NCBI GenBank assembly: GCA_041659525.1
Contig: JBAZYC010000001.1
Coordinates: 205,731 to 269,730, forward strand
Length of the DNA stretch: 64,000 nucleotides
Origin: an archaeon
GTDB lineage: Archaea > Iainarchaeota > Iainarchaeia > Iainarchaeales > JAAZKV01
Reading direction: 5' to 3'
The position numbers and the translations under genes were made by a program. The notes beneath the pieces are model-generated. The model was not told the origin of the DNA and searched no databases. It worked only from the letters and a program-made list of their open reading frames with translations. This document shows, one piece after another, positions 60,854 through 64,000 of this stretch (its first letter is position 1; each line of letters begins with the position of its first letter).

Positions 60854-61255
60854 TTACTGAGTTTCCCAATTGAATGTTTGTGCTAGCGCACCTCTATCAG
60901 CAAAGTGCTTTGCTGCTTCAAGAACCATTTGTAGGTTTAAGCATCTCTTTGAAGGGTAGTGTCCTTTTTTTCCGGCAACAGTTAATTCTATTGGTGCTTT
61001 GTAAACATCACATTTGTTTGCCATGAAATATTTTTTTCCTTTTAGTAAAGCATAAACTGCGTATTTTCCGCCTTGTCCGCCCCCAATAACCATATAGTTT
61101 TGAGAATCTTTTTGCAATAGTACAGCTGTTTTGTTTTCTCCGTTAATTTTTTCAACTGCTTCTTTTACTTGAGGCAATTCTCTTAATTCGCTAATTATGT
61201 CTTCTTCTGACTTACTATTCAAATCTTCTTCAATAATTTTTTTTACAAACAACAT
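60854..61255 (-). CDS. Hypothetical protein, 133 aa
   Basis: Track start is GTG 61279. ATG 61255 is preceded by TTGGTTGGTGGGTAC (SD-like). No family recognised. Confidence 0.5.
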   Translation of the reverse strand: MLFVKKIIEEDLNSKSEEDIISELRELPQVKEAVEKINGENKTAVLLQKDSQNYMVIGGGQGGKYAVYALLKGKKYFMANKCDVYKAPIELTVAGKKGHYPSKRCLNLQMVLEAAKHFADRGALAQTFNWETQ

Positions 61256-61339
61256 GTACCCACCAACCAAATTCTCCACCGAGCGTATTATATTACCTGC
61301 TGGTAGAACCGAAAAGTAAGAATTTTTAAAGAAAAAGAA

Positions 61340-61426
61340 AGCCTCAGGTGGGATTTGAACTCACGACCGCCGGTTCGTTTGCTTTTATGATACAAAACCG
61401 GTGCTCTACCGCTGAGCTACTGAGGC
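61340..61426 (-). tRNA. tRNA-Thr (UGU) with a 15-nt intron at the canonical 37/38 position; no encoded CCA
   Basis: Hand fold of the minus strand: GCCTCAG-TA-GCTC-AGCGGTA-GAGC-A-CCGGT-TTTGTA[TCATAAAAGCAAACG]A-ACCGG-CGGTC-GTGAG-TTCAAAT-CCCAC-CTGAGGC-T. The T-loop is canonical (TTCAAAT). There is one A:C mismatch in the T-stem. Confidence 0.85.
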
Positions 61427-61450
61427 ATACAAATACTTGATTCGGTATCG

Positions 61451-61458
61451 TTTATAAA
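61451..61458 (-). promoter_or_regulatory. TATA box for tRNA-Thr
   Basis: Minus-strand AAAAGA-TTTATAAA, then 24 nt to the tRNA 5' end. This matches archaeal BRE/TATA spacing. Confidence 0.55.
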
Positions 61459-61471
61459 TCTTTTATTTGAC

Positions 61472-61870
61472 CTAAAAATACAAATAATCTTTCGCATCAC
61501 GGATATTCTTTTTTTGATTATTCTTTGATTTTTCAATCCTCAAAGTTATCTCAGTCATACCCGAAACTACCTCTATTGGTAACAAATACCCACTTTTACT
61601 CTCAGCGTCATACAATCCAAAATAATCAATCTCATTTTTCGAATATTTTTTGACTTGCCAATTATTAGAAGACTTTAATCTACCAAATAATACCCCATTT
61701 TTTGATTTTGTTGACTTTATTTGAATTCGTTTAAACTCTCCGTTTTTTTGAATTAAAAGATCAATTGGACTATCCTCCCCATAAGGCAAGAAAACATTCC
61801 ATCCTTTCCTAATAAATTCAGCAGCAAATCTTAATTCCCCTTCTTTTGCCAATTGTTTTTTGTCAGTCAT
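61472..61870 (-). CDS. PD-(D/E)xK nuclease-fold protein (archaeal Holliday-junction-resolvase-like / restriction-endonuclease-like), 132 aa
   Basis: ..GELRFAAEFIRKGWNVFLPYGEDSPIDLLIQKNGEFKRIQIKS.. has E .. D-x(n)-[EQ]-x-K arranged as in small PD-(D/E)xK endonucleases. Motif-level call only. Confidence 0.5.
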   Translation of the reverse strand: MTDKKQLAKEGELRFAAEFIRKGWNVFLPYGEDSPIDLLIQKNGEFKRIQIKSTKSKNGVLFGRLKSSNNWQVKKYSKNEIDYFGLYDAESKSGYLLPIEVVSGMTEITLRIEKSKNNQKKNIRDAKDYLYF

Positions 61871-61984
61871 ACCAACGTTATACTATACCGATGGTTTATT
61901 ATTTGTTTCTATTTATTATAAAAGAATAAAAAATAAATCTAAGATTATCACGCTTTTTTAAAATCTTGCAAACACAATCCTAAA

Positions 61985-62683
61985 ATGAATAAGCAGCCTA
62001 AACTCTCAAAAAAGGAGGAAAGTGATAGCTGCCTTGCTTGCGGAGAGTGCTGTAAGAAGTACTGGATAACCGTTCTCCCTAATGAGTCGGATAAAATTTC
62101 TAAAGAACTGGGCATTTCAAAGAAAGAGTTTTTAGAAAAAAATTGTGTTTTGCACGTAAAGTTATTTCCAAAAAGCACTCCTGGAGTGTTAACTTTTCCC
62201 AGTACTTTTTTCCCTAAAAGAATTTTTGATTTATTAAAAAAAGAATTTGGAAACTTCCCAGAAAGTTTTTTTATTGTCCCACAAGTTGTGTTAAAACGAG
62301 AAGAGAAAATTACTTTTAGTTTTAAAGAAAAAAAATCTAAACAAGAAAAAAGACTTGCTTGTTCTTTTATTGATGCAACTAACGCTTGTTCAATTTACCC
62401 AGTTCGACCCGCTCCTTGCAGATTATTTCCTTTTATTGCAGTAAGTGGTTTTCGTGAGCAATATCCTTTTTGCGAATTGTTTTCTAAAACTTTCAAAGAT
62501 TATTCTATTGAATCAAAAATTTATTATGCAAAAGTCCAAGGATATTTTAAAGAAGTTAATGATAAAACTTTTACAAAACTTTGGAAATCTCCACCTAAGA
62601 AAGGTATTTTTTACTTGCAAGATAAATACTTAGGCGAAATCAATCTTAGTGAACTTGAAGAAATGATGCCTAAAAAAGAGTGA
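61985..62683 (+). CDS. YkgJ-family (CxxCxxCC) putative zinc/iron-sulfur-binding protein, 232 aa
   Basis: The N-terminal CLACGECCKKYWITV matches the YkgJ/UPF0153 signature. Downstream Cys residues are also present (..ACSFIDATNACSIYPVRPAPCRLFPF..). Confidence 0.6.
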   Translation: MNKQPKLSKKEESDSCLACGECCKKYWITVLPNESDKISKELGISKKEFLEKNCVLHVKLFPKSTPGVLTFPSTFFPKRIFDLLKKEFGNFPESFFIVPQVVLKREEKITFSFKEKKSKQEKRLACSFIDATNACSIYPVRPAPCRLFPFIAVSGFREQYPFCELFSKTFKDYSIESKIYYAKVQGYFKEVNDKTFTKLWKSPPKKGIFYLQDKYLGEINLSELEEMMPKKE

Positions 62684-62744
62684 ACTTCAGCCTTATTAAA
62701 AAAAATTAATTTGATTAAAAAAAGTTAATTAAATTAAATAAAAT

Positions 62745-63494
62745 TTATTCTAAATAATTCATATCAGTAATCACTGCATTTGAATAAGAAAGCAGAACTA
62801 TTTTTTTTGCTTCAACATATTTTCTCTCCAAAGAAGTAGAGTTTTGAATTAAAAGTTTTTTTGTTCTAACATAATCCTCAAATATTTCTTTTGCAGTGCT
62901 TAAGAAAACTTTTCTTTCGCGCTCATTTTCAAACAACTGCATAAGCTCATCATCATTAAACAAAACTGGAGTATTAACATCAGTTACAAGAGCAGTTGCT
63001 ATTTTTTCTTCTTTATTCGCTTCCCCAATTTCAAAAGAAAAATCCACATTCAATTGAATAATATACTCTGCACTCATTGAGAGCGCAGCTTCTTTTGCAA
63101 AAACATCGTTACTTGGTTTTGAATAAAATATCTCTTTGTTCTTTGCCTGTATCCACTCAAGATCATCTTGTATTGAGTACAAATAATCATCATCAAGAGT
63201 GCTCTCTACAGGATTAGCCATTTCAAGTAATAGATTTTGTTTGTATTCTTCAGTAACCATGTTAAGATCTAGATAAATTTGTTTTGCAAGTCCAGCTTTT
63301 TCGCTAGCCCCATCTCCCAAGTAATAAGCGTAAGTAAACAAAAGAATAATGATTATTGAGATAATTAGAGCTATTACAAAATAAGGTTTTTCTTTGGCAA
63401 AGCTGTTAATTTTGTGAACAAAGGAATTAATTTTACTTACCTGTTTTTTTTGAACACTTTTTTTCATACAATCAACAAAATTAATCCATTTCAA
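62745..63494 (-). CDS. N-terminally membrane-anchored hypothetical protein, ~240-249 aa
   Basis: TTG start in the track (internal ATG at 63467). One TM helix (YFVIALIISIIIILLFTYAYYL), then an acidic helical domain. No family recognised. Confidence 0.5.
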   Translation of the reverse strand: MKWINFVDCMKKSVQKKQVSKINSFVHKINSFAKEKPYFVIALIISIIIILLFTYAYYLGDGASEKAGLAKQIYLDLNMVTEEYKQNLLLEMANPVESTLDDDYLYSIQDDLEWIQAKNKEIFYSKPSNDVFAKEAALSMSAEYIIQLNVDFSFEIGEANKEEKIATALVTDVNTPVLFNDDELMQLFENERERKVFLSTAKEIFEDYVRTKKLLIQNSTSLERKYVEAKKIVLLSYSNAVITDMNYLE

Positions 63495-63529
63495 TTAATA
63501 AACATATTCAGTTAAGATAACTTTTAATT

Positions 63530-64000
63530 TTAACAAAATTTTTCTTTTAATAATTCACGATTCTCTTCGCTCAATCTGATTTTTTTTAGTAAATCTGAGC
63601 TTATTATTAATACTAACGAAACTATTCCTGCAAATAACCAAAACACTGGACTTATTGGAGTTACTTCAAACAATATATTTAGAGGAGTATAAATTACAAC
63701 TGCGGTTGTAACTAGCGAAGCAATTGTTGTCCAAAGCAAATATTTGTTTGAGTTCAATGGCAGTTCGTGTACTCCGAATCTAAATGATCTAAAACAAAAC
63801 GCATTAACTAATTGCAGGAAAATTAAAGTTACTAATGTAATTGTTCTTGAAATTTCTAAAGTATTTTGCATAATGTTTAATGAAGTCCAAAACACAGCTA
63901 AGGAAACAATTCCCATTACAAGCGCTGAAATAACTATAAACAAAATGGATTCTTTATCAATAAGCGAAGAATTTTTTCTAGGTTTTGCTCGCATTGCATC
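63530..64000 (-). CDS. P-type cation-transporting ATPase, C-terminal membrane domain (5' part beyond window)
   Basis: The frame stays open to nt 64000 (..DAMRAKPRKNSSLIDKE..). The pattern [D]-x-M-x-x-x-P-R, followed by TM helices with ..RTITLVTLIFLQLVNAFCFRS.., is typical of the C-terminal (M7-M10) region of P2-type ATPases. Confidence 0.7.
   Translation of the reverse strand, partial: DAMRAKPRKNSSLIDKESILFIVISALVMGIVSLAVFWTSLNIMQNTLEISRTITLVTLIFLQLVNAFCFRSFRFGVHELPLNSNKYLLWTTIASLVTTAVVIYTPLNILFEVTPISPVFWLFAGIVSLVLIISSDLLKKIRLSEENRELLKEKFC

Noticed and set aside
61948-62633. ORFs 61948..62178 (-) and 62445..62633 (+)
   Set aside because: They overlap, or are frame-shifted relative to, the YkgJ-like gene (61985..62683), which has the diagnostic CxxCxxCC motif.
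1-64000. Alternative genetic code, programmed frameshifts, or diversity-generating retroelements acting on the giant genes
   Set aside because: Giant ORFs of 5-9 kb are uninterrupted in the standard code. All recognisable proteins terminate at sensible lengths. No reverse transcriptase or template/variable repeat pair was noticed. A rigorous self-alignment was not possible by eye.

Overview
Low-GC archaeal window. Archaeal hallmarks are aCPSF1/FttA, proteasome beta subunit, Taw1 and two intron-containing tRNAs, one of them a C1:G72 tRNA-Tyr. GGTG-type Shine-Dalgarno motifs are common, and many track ORFs begin at TTG/GTG. The gene style (few metabolic genes, enormous surface proteins, a CxxC-x17-CxxC protein) fits a DPANN-type episymbiotic archaeon; this assignment is inference only. 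More than half of the 64 kb encodes predicted surface proteins. Four paralogous giant membrane-anchored proteins (>=2084, 2980, 2177 and 1750 aa) cover ~27 kb, about 42% of the window. They are arranged as two giant-accessory-giant triads (1..16959 and 46039..59826). There is also a 1547-aa multidomain adhesin-like protein, a 590-aa Cys-rich protein and a 484-aa type IV pilin-like protein. Triad 1 is contiguous with an exosortase/archaeosortase-like membrane protein and an orphan PilB/FlaI-class ATPase. I regard this giant-protein family plus its accessory genes as the best candidate for an undescribed system, possibly a cell-surface or host-contact apparatus. Other notable items: a ~10-kb integrase-bearing element at tRNA-Tyr (32991..43148) bounded by a 14-nt att-like repeat; a 32-nt GC-rich direct repeat pair; tandem RHH-nucleotidyltransferase fusion paralogs divergent from the adhesin gene, with a tandem operator-like repeat; and several short intergenic repeats. 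I saw no rRNA, CRISPR array, cas gene, reverse transcriptase or recognisable defence system. All calls come from reading the sequence and the ORF track by eye; no searches were run.
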